Below, one piece after another: positions 40,340 to 51,238 of a stretch of DNA of 64,000 bases. The stretch is from an uncultured Acidobacteriota bacterium (GTDB taxonomy: Bacteria; Acidobacteriota; Thermoanaerobaculia; UBA5066), in contig CAVZYA010000001.1 of assembly GCA_963779415.1 (NCBI GenBank), positions 1,568,001 to 1,632,000 of the forward strand, written 5' to 3'. A model generated the notes under the pieces. That model was not told the origin of the DNA. It did no database searches and was given only the letters and a program-made list of their open reading frames with translations. Position 1 is the first letter of the stretch; the number at the start of each line of letters is the position of its first letter. The position numbers and the translations under genes are program-made.

Positions 40340-41914
40340 TCAGCCTCCGGAGCGCATCTCCTCGAGATCCAGCTCGTGCTGGAGGCGGTGGAGGACGTCG
40401 TCGCCGATCGATTCCTCCTGCCTCAGGAGGAGGAGCTTCTCCCGCTGCGCCGTGAGCGCCTCGCGGCGGAGCCAGCGGATCCGCTCGGGCGTGGAGCTCG
40501 GGACCGGTTCCCCCGGCTCCTCGCGGAGAAGCTGCCGCAGCCGGTCCAGAAGCTCCTGCCGGACCGGATGTATCTGGTGGGCCGGGATCATCTGCTCCTC
40601 GGTGAGCGTGTCGACGCGTGAGAGCCCGGCCTCGGCGAGCGCTTTCCGGGCCAGACGCTCTTCGCGCCAGGCGGTGACGTCGGATCCGATCCCGAGCCAG
40701 CGGATGAAGGCGGGGAGCGTCAGCCCCTGGACGACGAGCGTGCCGAAAATGACCGCGAAAGTGACGACGAGGACGAGGTCGCGGGCGGGAAAGGGCGCCC
40801 CGGAGGCCGTCTGCGAAGGGAGGGCGAGCGCCGCCGCGAGCGAGACGATCCCCCGCATCCCCGTCCACCCGGCGAGGAGGACCCAGGGCCAGGGGGGCTT
40901 CGGGCTCCGCGCCGCATAGGAAGGGAAAAGGAGGCGCGGGAGGTAGGCGCCGGGGAACATCCAGAGGATCCGGATCCCGACCGCCGCCGCGAGCGTCGCG
41001 AAGACGGCGTCCACGACCGTCTCGCGGGAGAAGCCCGAGAGCCCCGCCACGACGGACCGGAGCTGAAGGCCGATGAGGACGAAGATCAGGGCGTTCAGGA
41101 CGAAGACGACCGTGTCCCAGAACGCCGTCGCCTCGATCCGGACCTTCGCGTTCCAGACGTGAGGGACGGCGCGTCCCTGGATCAGTCCCGCCGCGACGAC
41201 GGCGAGGACGCCGGAGACGTGCAGCCGCTCGGCCACGATGTAGGTCAGGAACGAGACGAGGAGGGACGCGGTGGCGGCCAGGACGCTGTCGTCGAGGAAG
41301 CGCTGCACCTTCGCGAAGCCGACGCCGACCGCGATCCCTACGGCGAGGCCCCCGGCGACGACGAGGACGAAGTCTAGCGCCCCCTCTCCGGCCGAGAAGG
41401 AGCCGGTGACGACGGCCGCCGTCGCGAATTTCAGGAGAACCAGGCCCGTCGCGTCGTTCACGAGGCTCTCCCCCTCGAGAATCGTGACGATCCGGCGGGG
41501 AAGATGGAGACGCCGGGCGATCGCGGTCGCCGCGACGGCGTCCGGCGGAGAGACGATGGCCCCGAGAACGAAGGCCGCCCCCCAGCCGGCCTCCGGAACG
41601 ACGGCGTGGAAGGCGAGCGCCACGGCCGCCGTCGTCGCCGCGACGAGCCCGACCGCGAGAAGCGAGATCGAGAGGAGGTTGTCCCGAAAGTCGCGCCACG
41701 ACGTGAAATAGGCCGCCGCGTAGAGGATCGGCGGCAGGAAGAGGAGAAAAACGAGCTGCGGGTCGAGGCGCGGCTCGGGAAGACCGGGAACGAAAGCGAG
41801 AAGGCTCCCGCCGATCACGAGGACGATCGGGTACGGGACCGAGAGCCTCCGCGCGACGACGGCGAGAACCGTCGTCGGGACGAGAAGCGCCAGGACGGTC
41901 TCGACGGGGTGCAT
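40340..41914 (-). CDS. Na+/H+ antiporter (CPA1, NhaP-like)
   Basis: LFLPPILY, SPPDAVA, ILEGESLVNDA, GMRGIVSLA. Confidence 0.93.
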   Translation of the reverse strand: MHPVETVLALLVPTTVLAVVARRLSVPYPIVLVIGGSLLAFVPGLPEPRLDPQLVFLLFLPPILYAAAYFTSWRDFRDNLLSISLLAVGLVAATTAAVALAFHAVVPEAGWGAAFVLGAIVSPPDAVAATAIARRLHLPRRIVTILEGESLVNDATGLVLLKFATAAVVTGSFSAGEGALDFVLVVAGGLAVGIAVGVGFAKVQRFLDDSVLAATASLLVSFLTYIVAERLHVSGVLAVVAAGLIQGRAVPHVWNAKVRIEATAFWDTVVFVLNALIFVLIGLQLRSVVAGLSGFSRETVVDAVFATLAAAVGIRILWMFPGAYLPRLLFPSYAARSPKPPWPWVLLAGWTGMRGIVSLAAALALPSQTASGAPFPARDLVLVVTFAVIFGTLVVQGLTLPAFIRWLGIGSDVTAWREERLARKALAEAGLSRVDTLTEEQMIPAHQIHPVRQELLDRLRQLLREEPGEPVPSSTPERIRWLRREALTAQREKLLLLRQEESIGDDVLHRLQHELDLEEMRSGG

Positions 41915-41936
41915 CGTCCGCGTCGCTCCGGCCTTG

Positions 41937-44122
41937 TCAGGCCACCCAGGCGACGCCGACCGCGAGGAGATCCACGCTCGACTTCGGCGGAAGGACGGTG
42001 ACGCTCTCGAAACGGGACGGGTCCGGCGGGGCCACCTTCGCTTCCAGATCGGCGATCTCCGCGCGGAGCGCCTCGACTTTCGCTTCGGCGGCCCCCTCCA
42101 TCCGGTTCTTCGTCAGGACGCTTCCGACCTTCCCCGTCCGGAGGGTCTTCTTCTTCCCGAAGAGCCCGCCGAGGAGGTCGACGGCCGCCGTCGCCATCGC
42201 CGTGAATTTCTCGACCTCTCTCCCCTTTTCCTGGGCCTCGGCGGCCGCGAGATCGCGCCGCTTCTTCTCGAGCTTCTCCTTCAGGGCGGCCGGCGCCGAT
42301 TCGGCGGCGATCCGCCGGGCGAAATCCCCGGCCGGCTCGCCGGGCTTCGAGAGCGCTTTCGTCACCGGATCCCTCAGGAGCGTCGCCTCCAGCTTGTCGG
42401 GAAGGCGGACGGAGAGCGCGTTTTCGAGAGTCTTGATCGCCGACGCGCCAAACCAGGCCGGAAGGCTCGCGTACCGGAGATTCCCTTCGATGGGGGAATT
42501 CAGGAGCTCGGCGGGGGTCGCGTCGAGAACGTCCCCCTCGAGGACGTCCGAGGCCTCCTCGGCCGAGAGAGGGAACAGTTTCACGAGCGTAAGTCTCCGG
42601 AGCCGCCGTCTTCGGATCGACCCTGTAGCGGACGGCGCATTTCGCGTAGAGATAAGGGGTGGCGATCTCGGCCCCCCGCTTCCTGAGCCACTTCGCGATC
42701 CACGGGGCGGGAACCGGCGGCGGGCCCGACGGAGAGGACGACCGGAGCTTCGGCGCCGGCGGCTGCCGCCGGCGCACTCCCCTGGACGCGGGCGATCTCC
42801 TCGCGGGTCATCGGGCCCCTGAGGTAGCTCATCGCCCAGCGCGTCTCCATCAGGACGGCTCCCTTCGCGTGGACGTCGTGGAGGAGAAAGACCCGCTTTC
42901 GCGTCTTTTCGAGGAGCTTCGCCGCGTCGCCGCCCCCCGCATCGGAGAGGCCCGACGAGAGCCGGTCCCGGTCGCGCTCGGTCTGCAGCGTCCCGACCCA
43001 CCAGCAGCCGCAGTTCGCGAGCCCCTTGTAATCGAGGTCGACCGGGTTCTGCGTGGCGAGGACGACACCGACGCCGAAGGCGCGGGCCTGCTTGAGGAGC
43101 GAAAGGAGGGGCGTCTTCGTCGGCGGGCTCGCCGACGGCGGAAAGAAGCCGAAGATCTCGTCGATGTAGAGGAGCGCCTTCAGCGACGAGCTTCCCGGCT
43201 GTGTCCGCATCCACGCCTTGACGCGAGTGAGGAGCGTCGCCACGACGAATAGGCGCTCGGCGTCGCCGAGATGGGCGATGGAGACGATCGAGAGGCGCGG
43301 CCTGCCCGAGGCGCCCGGCGCGAACATCGACGCGACGTCGAGGGCCGCCCCTTTCCGGAACGACGCCGTCGCCGGGGAGGCGGCGACGTTGTTCAGGGCG
43401 AGGACCAGCGCCTGCCGCTCCTTCGCCGGATAAAAGGTCTCGAGAGGAAGGGCCCCCACCGTCGCGAACGGCGGCGACGCCACCGCCCGAACGAGAGACT
43501 CCAGCCGGGCTGTCTCCCCTTTCGCCCAGAGTGCCTCGATGCAGCCCGAAAGGAGAATCAGCTCGCGCGATCGGACCGGATCGGCGTCGATTCCCGCGAG
43601 GCCGAGGACGCCGGAAGCGAACGCGGTGACGACGTCCCGCCGATCCTCCCCGTCGGCATCGGCGGGAGGGGGCGGGCAGGAGCCGACGAGGTCGAGCGGC
43701 AGCCCCGCCGCCCCGCCGGGCGTGTAGATCGTCGCCTCCCGCGAAGCGGCATACGCGGCCACGTCGGACGGGCCGAGCCCCCATCCCGCGAGACCCTCCG
43801 TCCAGCTCTTTGCCTCGCTCTCCGCGCTCTTCCCGGCCGTCGCCTCGACGTACGGCGCGAACTCCTCCGGCGAGAGCTTCGGGAAGGCAAGGAGGAGGTT
43901 TCCGAGGTCTCCCTTCGGATCGACCGCGAGGACCGGGACGCCCGCCTTCAGAAGCTCCTCGATCAGGACGATGCCGAGGGCGGTCTTGCCGCTCCCGGTC
44001 ATCCCGACGACGAGGCCGTGCGTCGTCAGGTCGTCCGGGTCGAACGAAAGGGGATCTCCGGTTGTCTTTCCGGAGGCCGGGTCGACCGATCGGCCGAGGA
44101 AGAGTCTGCCATCTCTCGCCAT
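41937..44122 (-). pseudogene. HerA/DUF87-like P-loop ATPase with two frameshifts (about 42750 and 42590)
   Basis: GMTGSGKT, VDPKGD, IDEIFG, LATQNPVDLDYKG. The C-terminal part continues through two other frames (PPPVPAPW..YLYAK; LVKLFPLS...GVAWVA). Confidence 0.8.
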
Positions 44123-44190
44123 GTGTTCGAGTCTAGTCAAAAGCCCGGGATTCCTGAGCCGCTTCGTTTATCCTCGCGGCGGTCCGATTC

Positions 44191-47100
44191 ATGAGCCGCT
44201 CCCGCCGCATCGTCCTCCAGGCGTGCTTCTTCTTCTCGGGAGGGGCCGGCCTCGTCTACCAGGTCGTCTGGGGGCGAAAGCTCGCAGCCTTTTTCGGCTC
44301 CACACTGGAAGGGGTGAGCGTCGTCCTCGCCGTCTTCATGGCTGGGCTCGGCGCCGGCGCATTCGTCCTTGGCCGCCGCGCCGACCGGTCGGCCGACCCG
44401 GGACGCCTCTACGGAATCCTCGAGATCCTCATTGGGATATACGGCGCCGCCAGCCTTGCAATCCTCTCTCGCTGGCGTGTCATTTCAGGCGGCTGCCGGC
44501 TCGCTGGAGCGCGGTTTCGCCCTCGTCCTCCTAAAGCTCTCGGCGTCGTTTCTGGCACTCTTCTTCCCCTGCTTCCTCATGGGCGGAACCCTACCCGCCC
44601 TCGTGCGCGTCTTTACGGAGAAGGAGGACGACGCGGCGCGTCCGCTCGGGATCCTTTACGCCCTCAATCTCACCGGTGCGGTCGCGGGCGCGCTCGTCGC
44701 CGGCTTCGCGCTCATCGAGTTTCTGGGACTCCTCCGGACGACGCTCGCGGCCGCCGCAGTCAACCTCCTCGCCGGCGCCGCGGTCCTCGCCATGAGGCGC
44801 CCGGCGGCGAGCGCGGCGAGTCGGACCGCCACGCCCCGGCCGGTCCCGATCCCGGTGGAGGGCCGATCCCGGCGCGAAGCGCTTCTCCTCGCAGGGCTTT
44901 TCGCCTCGGGAGTGCTCCTTTTTTCCGCTGAAGTTGTCTTCACCCGGGTGCTGGCTCTCGTTTTCGGCGTTTCGACCTACGCCTTCACTCTGATCCTCGC
45001 GACGTTCCTCCTCGGACTCGGGCTGGGAGCGATCCTTCTCGCCCATCTCGGCCGCCGCGGCGTTTCGCCCCTGGCCGCGTTTGCCGCCGCCCAGACGGGA
45101 ATGGCACTCGCAGTCCTCGGCGCGCTCGCCTGCATGCCGGTCATTCCCCGGATCGTCCTCCTTCTCCGCCAGATTCCCGAGGCCTCCTTTTGCGAGATCC
45201 TCGTCGGGAAGGCACTCCTCGCCGTGGCGTTGATTCTGCCGGCGGCGGCTCTCGGCGGCGTCGGAACGCCCGCACTTCTCGCCGCGCTCGCTGCGGGACC
45301 GGGACGCGTCGGCCGGCGCGTCGGCGATGGATACCTCGCCAACTGCGCGGGAACGGTCGCCGGCGCACTGCTGACGGGCTTCCTCGCGATTCCAGCGCTT
45401 GGAACCGAGGGAACGCTGAAGGCCGTCGCAGCCGCGAGCGCGCTCACCGGCCTCGCGGCGCTGGCCGGCGCCGAAGTCGGGCGCCTTCGGTGGGCCGGCG
45501 TGGCTGTCGGCGCCGCCGTGGTGGCCGGAAGCCTTCTGGTCCCGGCGTGGCCGGTCTGGCTCTTCCTGAACGCGGACGCCGACGCGCGGAGCTCTGTCTC
45601 GAAGACGCGCCGCGAGTTCGAGGAACGACTTCACGCCTTCCCTTACGAAGTCCTCTTCTTCCGCGAGGGGAGGGAGGCGACCGTCGCGGTGGTTCAGGCG
45701 CCGCGGTTCCGCTCACTCATCGTGAACGGCCATGCGGACGCGTCGGACCACGACGACATGTCGACCCAGCTGATGCTCGCCGTTCTCCCCCTCGGCCTCC
45801 ACCCGGCCCCCGAGGAGGTCCTCGTCGTCGGGTACGGCGCCGGCGTCTCGGCCGAAGCCGCTGCGAGGAGTCCCGGCGTACGGCACGTGGACGTCGTCGA
45901 GATCGAGCCGGCGATCCTCTCCGCCGCGCCGAAGTTCGCCCACGTGAACGGCGGCGTCGAAGCGAACCCGCGCGTCGACGTCATCAGCGACGACGCCCGG
46001 AGCTTCGTCGGCCGGACGCGGCGGACGTGGGACGTCGTCATCTCCGAGCCCTCCAATCCCTGGCGCGCCGGCGTGGCAGCCCTCTACTCCGCCGACTTCT
46101 ACCGCGACCTCAAGAAACACCTCAAGAAGGGCGGCCTCGTCGCCCAATGGATGCATCTCTATGACCTCGACGGGCCGACGCTCCGGATCGTCTTCCGCAC
46201 GCTGACGGCAAGCTTTGCGGACGTGAATGTCTGGTGGCTCGACGAGGGAAACGTCGTCCTCATCGCTTCGGATGCCCCGATCGTTCTCCACACGGAGCGC
46301 CTCCGTGCTCTGCTCGAAGGCCCCTTCAGGGCCGACCGGATCCGGTGGGCACACCTCGAGAGCGCCGATGAGGTTTGGGGCCGCTTTCTCCTCGACCGTT
46401 CGGGGATATTGGGTCTCCTCTCGCCCGGGGATCCCGTTCACGACGACGACCGGCCTGTCCTCGAGTTCCGCGCGCCGCGCGGCGCCTTTCTTGCGGACCC
46501 ATTCATCGCCGAACGGCTCCTGGCCCGCAAGCTGGAGCGTGGCGTGGACCTTCCGCCCGTCGAGGGGCCCGAACCTCCGCCCGCCGCACGCTGGCTCGGC
46601 GTGGCCCGTATGTACGAGCAGATCGAGCGCGGCCCCGAAGCCGCCGCCGCGATTCGCCGGGCCGCGGAGAGCCCGTCGCCCTTCGCCCGTGTCCGCCTCG
46701 CAGAGCTGGCCATCGCAGGCGGGAGGATGCGGGAGGCGGCAGAGCTGCTGACAACCGACGTCACCGCCGGGCGCGGGGGTCCTCCCGACTTCGTGCGGGC
46801 GTTCTCATATGCCGAAGCGCGATTCCTGGCGTCGCAGGGGCAGCTCGACGGTGCGCGCGCGGCATGGGAGAGGAGCGGGGAGATCGAGGGAAGAGCGGGC
46901 CTCGAGCTCCTCTCCGTCCTGGTCTCTTCGGGCCAGAGCGCGACGGCGCTCGCGCTCGCCGAACGCCTCCTCGCCGCGGCCCGGCTCGATGGGCCGATTG
47001 GCGCGCCCGAGGTCCTGCTCGTCTACGACTATCTCGACGAGATCGCGGCGCTCCCCGCGCAGATCGCGGAGGTGGTCCGGATCGTCGAGAGCGTCCCCGA

Positions 47101-47410
47101 GCGAGCGCGCGGTCTGCCCCAGCTGCCGCGCCAGCGCCTGCTCGCAACGCTCTACGAGCGGCAGGGCCGTCCCGCCGACGCTCTCGCCGCCTGCGAGCGC
47201 TGGGGAGAGATCGGGGTCTTCGACGTCGACCTCCTCGCCCTCCGCGCGCGCGTCCTCCGCGCCCTCGGCCGGACCGAAGAGGCCGATCAGGCCCAGGCGG
47301 CGCTCGCTTCGGTCGCGCCCGGCGATGCCCTGCCGCCGGTCCGGAGGCCCCTGCTCGAGTCCCGCTCAGGCGCACCGCTCCCGAGCGCTTCGGGCCCCCG
47401 GCGCCGCTGA
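44191..47410 (+). pseudogene. Fused MFS/spermidine synthase-like protein with helical-repeat tail; frameshift at about 44467
   Basis: FFSGGAGLVYQVVW start; after CTCTCTC continues as FLMGGTLP.., VGYGAG, VEIEP, DDAR, SEPSNPW. Confidence 0.82.
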
Positions 47411-47421
47411 GGAGGAGCCTG

Positions 47422-47808
47422 ATGGAACTGCACGAAGCGTCGCGCCCGCAGCCCGCCATCCGCGTCACGATGCTCCCCCGCGACACGAATGCCAACGGGA
47501 CGATCTTCGGGGGCATCCTCCTCGCCTATCTGGACCAGGCCGGCGCCATCGCGACGCGGGAGCACTGCGAGCGTGTCGTGACGGTGAAGATGACCGAGGT
47601 CGTCTTTCACGAGCCCGTCTACGTCGGAGACGTCGTCAGCTTCTATGCGAAGGTGACGCGGATCGGCCGGACCTCGATTTCCGTCCACGTCGACGTCGAG
47701 TCGGAGCGGTGGACAGGGGACCGGCGCCCCGTGAAGGTGACGGAGGCGGAGATCGTCTACGTGAACGTCGACGGGGACCGCCGGCCCGCCCTGATCCCGT
47801 CCCGCTGA
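47422..47808 (+). CDS. Acyl-CoA thioesterase (hotdog, YciA-like)
   Basis: DTNANGTIFGG, FHEPVYVGD, GRTSI; SD GGAGGAG. Confidence 0.92.
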   Translation: MELHEASRPQPAIRVTMLPRDTNANGTIFGGILLAYLDQAGAIATREHCERVVTVKMTEVVFHEPVYVGDVVSFYAKVTRIGRTSISVHVDVESERWTGDRRPVKVTEAEIVYVNVDGDRRPALIPSR

Positions 47809-47838
47809 CCGGCCCTCCCGAGGGAGGCTGAAGTCGCC

Positions 47839-48219
47839 TTTTCCGAACGAAGATCCATTTCGTTGGTTCGGGAAGACGAATCAATCACTTCTTCGTCGAG
47901 AAACTCCCGGGAACGACGGTCCGGTCGCCACGGCAAGCCGTTGATTCCAGATCGCTTACCTGTGGGGAGAGGCGGGACATGCCGGGCCCTCGAAACGAGC
48001 CGGGATCGGCGGAGTTCTTGCTTGAGAGAGAGTTGGAATTCGTTTAGGCTTTAGAAAGAATCGCGAAAGCTCTTTCCAGAGGGGAATCTGTTCGAATGTC
48101 CATCGTGAGCGTCATCGCTTTTTTCACGCTCGAGCAAGGAGGCAGATATCGGTAAGTCGAGGAGAAGGTAACTCTTGTTCTCGTCTCAAGCATCGAAGAA
48201 AAAAAGAAAGGCAGGTCCT
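47839..48219 (+). promoter_or_regulatory. Duplicated TBDT regulatory region, copy A (palindrome, IHF-like site, -24/-12 and -35/-10 motifs, leader)
   Basis: Collinear with 61054-61437. CAAGCCGTTGATT at 47934; GG 48008 / GC 48020; TTGAGA-17-TAGGCT at 48022-48050. Confidence 0.7.
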
Positions 48220-51141
48220 ATGCAGTTCAAGGAGAAGAAGGGATGGCGCGGGGCCGCGATAGTGGCTCTCGCGCTCCTGTGCGCCTCCGGAATCGCCTTC
48301 GGCCAGGCACAAACCGGAAACCTCTACGTCAAGGCCACGGACGAGCAGGGTGGCGCGCTTCCGGGCGTGAGCGTCACGCTCTCGGGGCCCAGTGCGCCGA
48401 TCACCCAGGTCACGAACGTGAACGGCGAAGTCCGGTTCCTGAATCTGGCTCCCAATGTCTACATCCTCGATTTCGCCCTCCAGGGCTTCCAGAAGATTCA
48501 TCGGACGAACGTGACCGTCTCCCTCGCCAGGAACACGGAACTCCCTGTAACGATGAAGCTCGCCGGCGTGCAGGAGAGCATCGTCGTTGCCGGTGAAAGC
48601 CCGCTTCTCGACACGAAGAAGACCGGCTCGACGGCCACCGTCTCCCAGGTCGAGTTGCAGGACATCCCGTCCGCGCGCGACCCGTGGGTCGTCCTCGCGG
48701 CAGCCCCCGGCGTCATGACCGACCGCGTGAACGTCGGCGGCTCGGAGAGCGGCCAGCAGGCGGTCTATATCGGCAAGGGGGCCGCGACGACCCAGGGCAC
48801 CTGGAACGTCGACGGCGTCAACATCACCGACATGGCCGCCACCGGCTCCTCGGCCATGTACTGGGACTTCGACTCCTTCGCCGAGCTGAACTTCTCGACC
48901 GGCGGCGCCGACGCATCCATCTCGTCGCCCGGCGTCCAGCTCAACATGGTCACGAAGCGCGGGACGAACGACGTCCACGGGTCGGCCCGCTTCTTCTACG
49001 AAGACAAGAACCTGGCCTCCACGAACACTCCCGAGGAGCTGACCAAGCAGACCCCCGGGGGCGGCAACCAGGTCAACCAGCTGCAGGACTACGGCATCGA
49101 GGTGGGGGGACCGGTCATCAAGGACATGCTCTGGCTCTGGGGCAGCGCCAACCAGAATTACATCAACCTTCAGACGGCTGGCGGCAGTGGGGCCACAGAC
49201 GTGACGACCCTGAAGAACTTCGGCGCCAAGCTGAACTTCCAGCCCATCCCGGAGAACAGCTTCTCCGCCCAGTACCTGGATAACAACAAGATCAAGCTCG
49301 GGCGCAATGCCGGCCCGCAGCACCCTCCCCCGTCGACGTGGAACCAGAACGGCCCCGACAAACTCTACAAGCTGGAGGATTCGGAGGTCTTCAGCGCGAA
49401 CGTCTTCGCGACGGCCACGTACGCGCGGGTCATGGGCGGCTTTTCGCTCCTCTCCGTGGGGCGGACTCAGTCGTACGTGGACTCCGCCGGCGTCTACACC
49501 TCGAGCTACCTCGACGAGGTGATCCAGCGGCCGCAGACCCAGTTCGGAGTCACCCCGTCCTTCTTCCTCCGGACCGGGAACGTGGGCCATGAGATCAAGG
49601 CCGGCTTCCAGTACCGGCACACGCCATACAACACCATTTTTTCCTGGCCGCAAGGCATCAAGGGCGTCAACGGCGAGTGGGCCGGAGCCCCATACAACCT
49701 GGCGGGGTTCACCCGGCCGCAGTTGAACAACACGGACTTGAAGACGTACAACGGCTTCGTCTCCGACACGATGACGATCGACAGGCTGACGGTGAACGTC
49801 GGCGTCCGGTACGACTACCAGTGGGGCGAGAACGCGCCCGGAACCGTTCCCCTCGGCGAGTACGACCCGGCGGTCTGGCCGCAGGTCCCGCTGACGGCAC
49901 TCGACATGCCGGGGACTCCTCCGCTCACCTGGAAGGACTGGTCGCCGCGCGTCGGGTTGACGTACGCGCTCGGGCCGGAGAACAAGACGATCCTTCAGGC
50001 GAGCTACGCGCGCTTCGTCAACCAGATGGGCGGCAACTCCGCAAACGTGGGAGCCAACTCCTACTCCGCCGGAATTGCCTACCTCTACTACGAGTGGCAC
50101 GACGCGAACACCAACCGCAGGGTGGATCCGGGCGAGGTCAACTTCAACAACCTCTATTCCTATTACAACTGGGATCCCGCCCATCCGAACTCCGTCACGC
50201 AGTCAATCAACAAGCTCAACTACGACCAGAAGACCCCCAAGACCGACGAATTCATCCTCGGCGTCCAGCACGAGCTGATGCCGGCTTTCGTCGTCGGCGT
50301 GCAGGGGACCTACCGCCACATGACCGACTTCCTGTACAACGCCAGGCTCTCGGCCGACGGGTCGCGGATCCTGACCCCCGCGGACTTCACCTGCACGCAG
50401 GTGGGTCCGTGGCCCGTCCCGCATTCCGACCCGCAGTACGTCCAGCAGTGTGTCGCCAAGCCGGGAGCCGCCGGGGTCAGCACCATCAACACGAACCGGC
50501 CCGGCTACTACCAGAATTACTGGGGCGTCGACTTCAGCGCCGAGAAGCGCTACTCCGACAAGTGGATGGGGCGATTCAACTTCACGTGGAACAACTGGAC
50601 ACAGCACGGAATCGCCGAGGGGCAGGTAAACCCTGCGAACCTCTATCCAACCGGCTCCGAGACCGAGGGGGGTGCCCTGACCTACTCGGGCACCACGTCG
50701 GGGGGCAAGGGCTACGTCTTCGTGAACGCCCCCTGGGTCGCTTCGCTCACCGGAATGTACACGCTGCCGTATGACTTCAACATCTCCACCAACATCTACA
50801 CCCGTTCGGGCTACCCGGCCGAGTACTATCGCGTGGTCTCCGGGACCGGTATCCCGGGCGTCTCCTCGTACAATTACCAGCTCGGGGCGACGGACTTGGT
50901 CCGGCTGCCGACCGTCTTCGAGTGGGACCTTGGCATCAGCAAGGTCGTCAAGGTGGGCCCGCTCGCAATCACGCTCCAGGCCGACTGCTTCAACGTCCTC
51001 AACCGCAACACCCCGCTCCAGCGGACGTCCCGGATCTACGACGCCGCCGGGACTCCGACCCCGACCGACTCGCGCGACAGCACCCTCTACGAGATCCAGT
51101 CGCCGCGGATCTTCCGGTTCGGCGCCCGCCTCGCCTTCTAG
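48220..51141 (+). CDS. Oar-like TonB-dependent receptor with N-terminal carboxypeptidase-regulatory-like domain
   Basis: Signal peptide; GGALPGVSVTL; plug VDGVNITD..VTKRGTNDVHGS; GVRYD, SPRVGLTY; C-terminal RLAF. Confidence 0.9.
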   Translation: MQFKEKKGWRGAAIVALALLCASGIAFGQAQTGNLYVKATDEQGGALPGVSVTLSGPSAPITQVTNVNGEVRFLNLAPNVYILDFALQGFQKIHRTNVTVSLARNTELPVTMKLAGVQESIVVAGESPLLDTKKTGSTATVSQVELQDIPSARDPWVVLAAAPGVMTDRVNVGGSESGQQAVYIGKGAATTQGTWNVDGVNITDMAATGSSAMYWDFDSFAELNFSTGGADASISSPGVQLNMVTKRGTNDVHGSARFFYEDKNLASTNTPEELTKQTPGGGNQVNQLQDYGIEVGGPVIKDMLWLWGSANQNYINLQTAGGSGATDVTTLKNFGAKLNFQPIPENSFSAQYLDNNKIKLGRNAGPQHPPPSTWNQNGPDKLYKLEDSEVFSANVFATATYARVMGGFSLLSVGRTQSYVDSAGVYTSSYLDEVIQRPQTQFGVTPSFFLRTGNVGHEIKAGFQYRHTPYNTIFSWPQGIKGVNGEWAGAPYNLAGFTRPQLNNTDLKTYNGFVSDTMTIDRLTVNVGVRYDYQWGENAPGTVPLGEYDPAVWPQVPLTALDMPGTPPLTWKDWSPRVGLTYALGPENKTILQASYARFVNQMGGNSANVGANSYSAGIAYLYYEWHDANTNRRVDPGEVNFNNLYSYYNWDPAHPNSVTQSINKLNYDQKTPKTDEFILGVQHELMPAFVVGVQGTYRHMTDFLYNARLSADGSRILTPADFTCTQVGPWPVPHSDPQYVQQCVAKPGAAGVSTINTNRPGYYQNYWGVDFSAEKRYSDKWMGRFNFTWNNWTQHGIAEGQVNPANLYPTGSETEGGALTYSGTTSGGKGYVFVNAPWVASLTGMYTLPYDFNISTNIYTRSGYPAEYYRVVSGTGIPGVSSYNYQLGATDLVRLPTVFEWDLGISKVVKVGPLAITLQADCFNVLNRNTPLQRTSRIYDAAGTPTPTDSRDSTLYEIQSPRIFRFGARLAF

Positions 51142-51168
51142 GAGACGGACGGACTATTCGCTTCCAGC

Positions 51169-51200
51169 ACCCCCGGGCGGCCCGGCCGCCCGGGGGTTTT
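51169..51200 (+). terminator. Rho-independent terminator after TBDT 1
   Basis: ACCCCCGGGCGGC-CCG-GCCGCCCGGGGGT followed by TTT. Confidence 0.75.
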
Positions 51201-51238
51201 CTCTTGATGATCGGCCTCGCGGCTGAGAACCTTCGCGC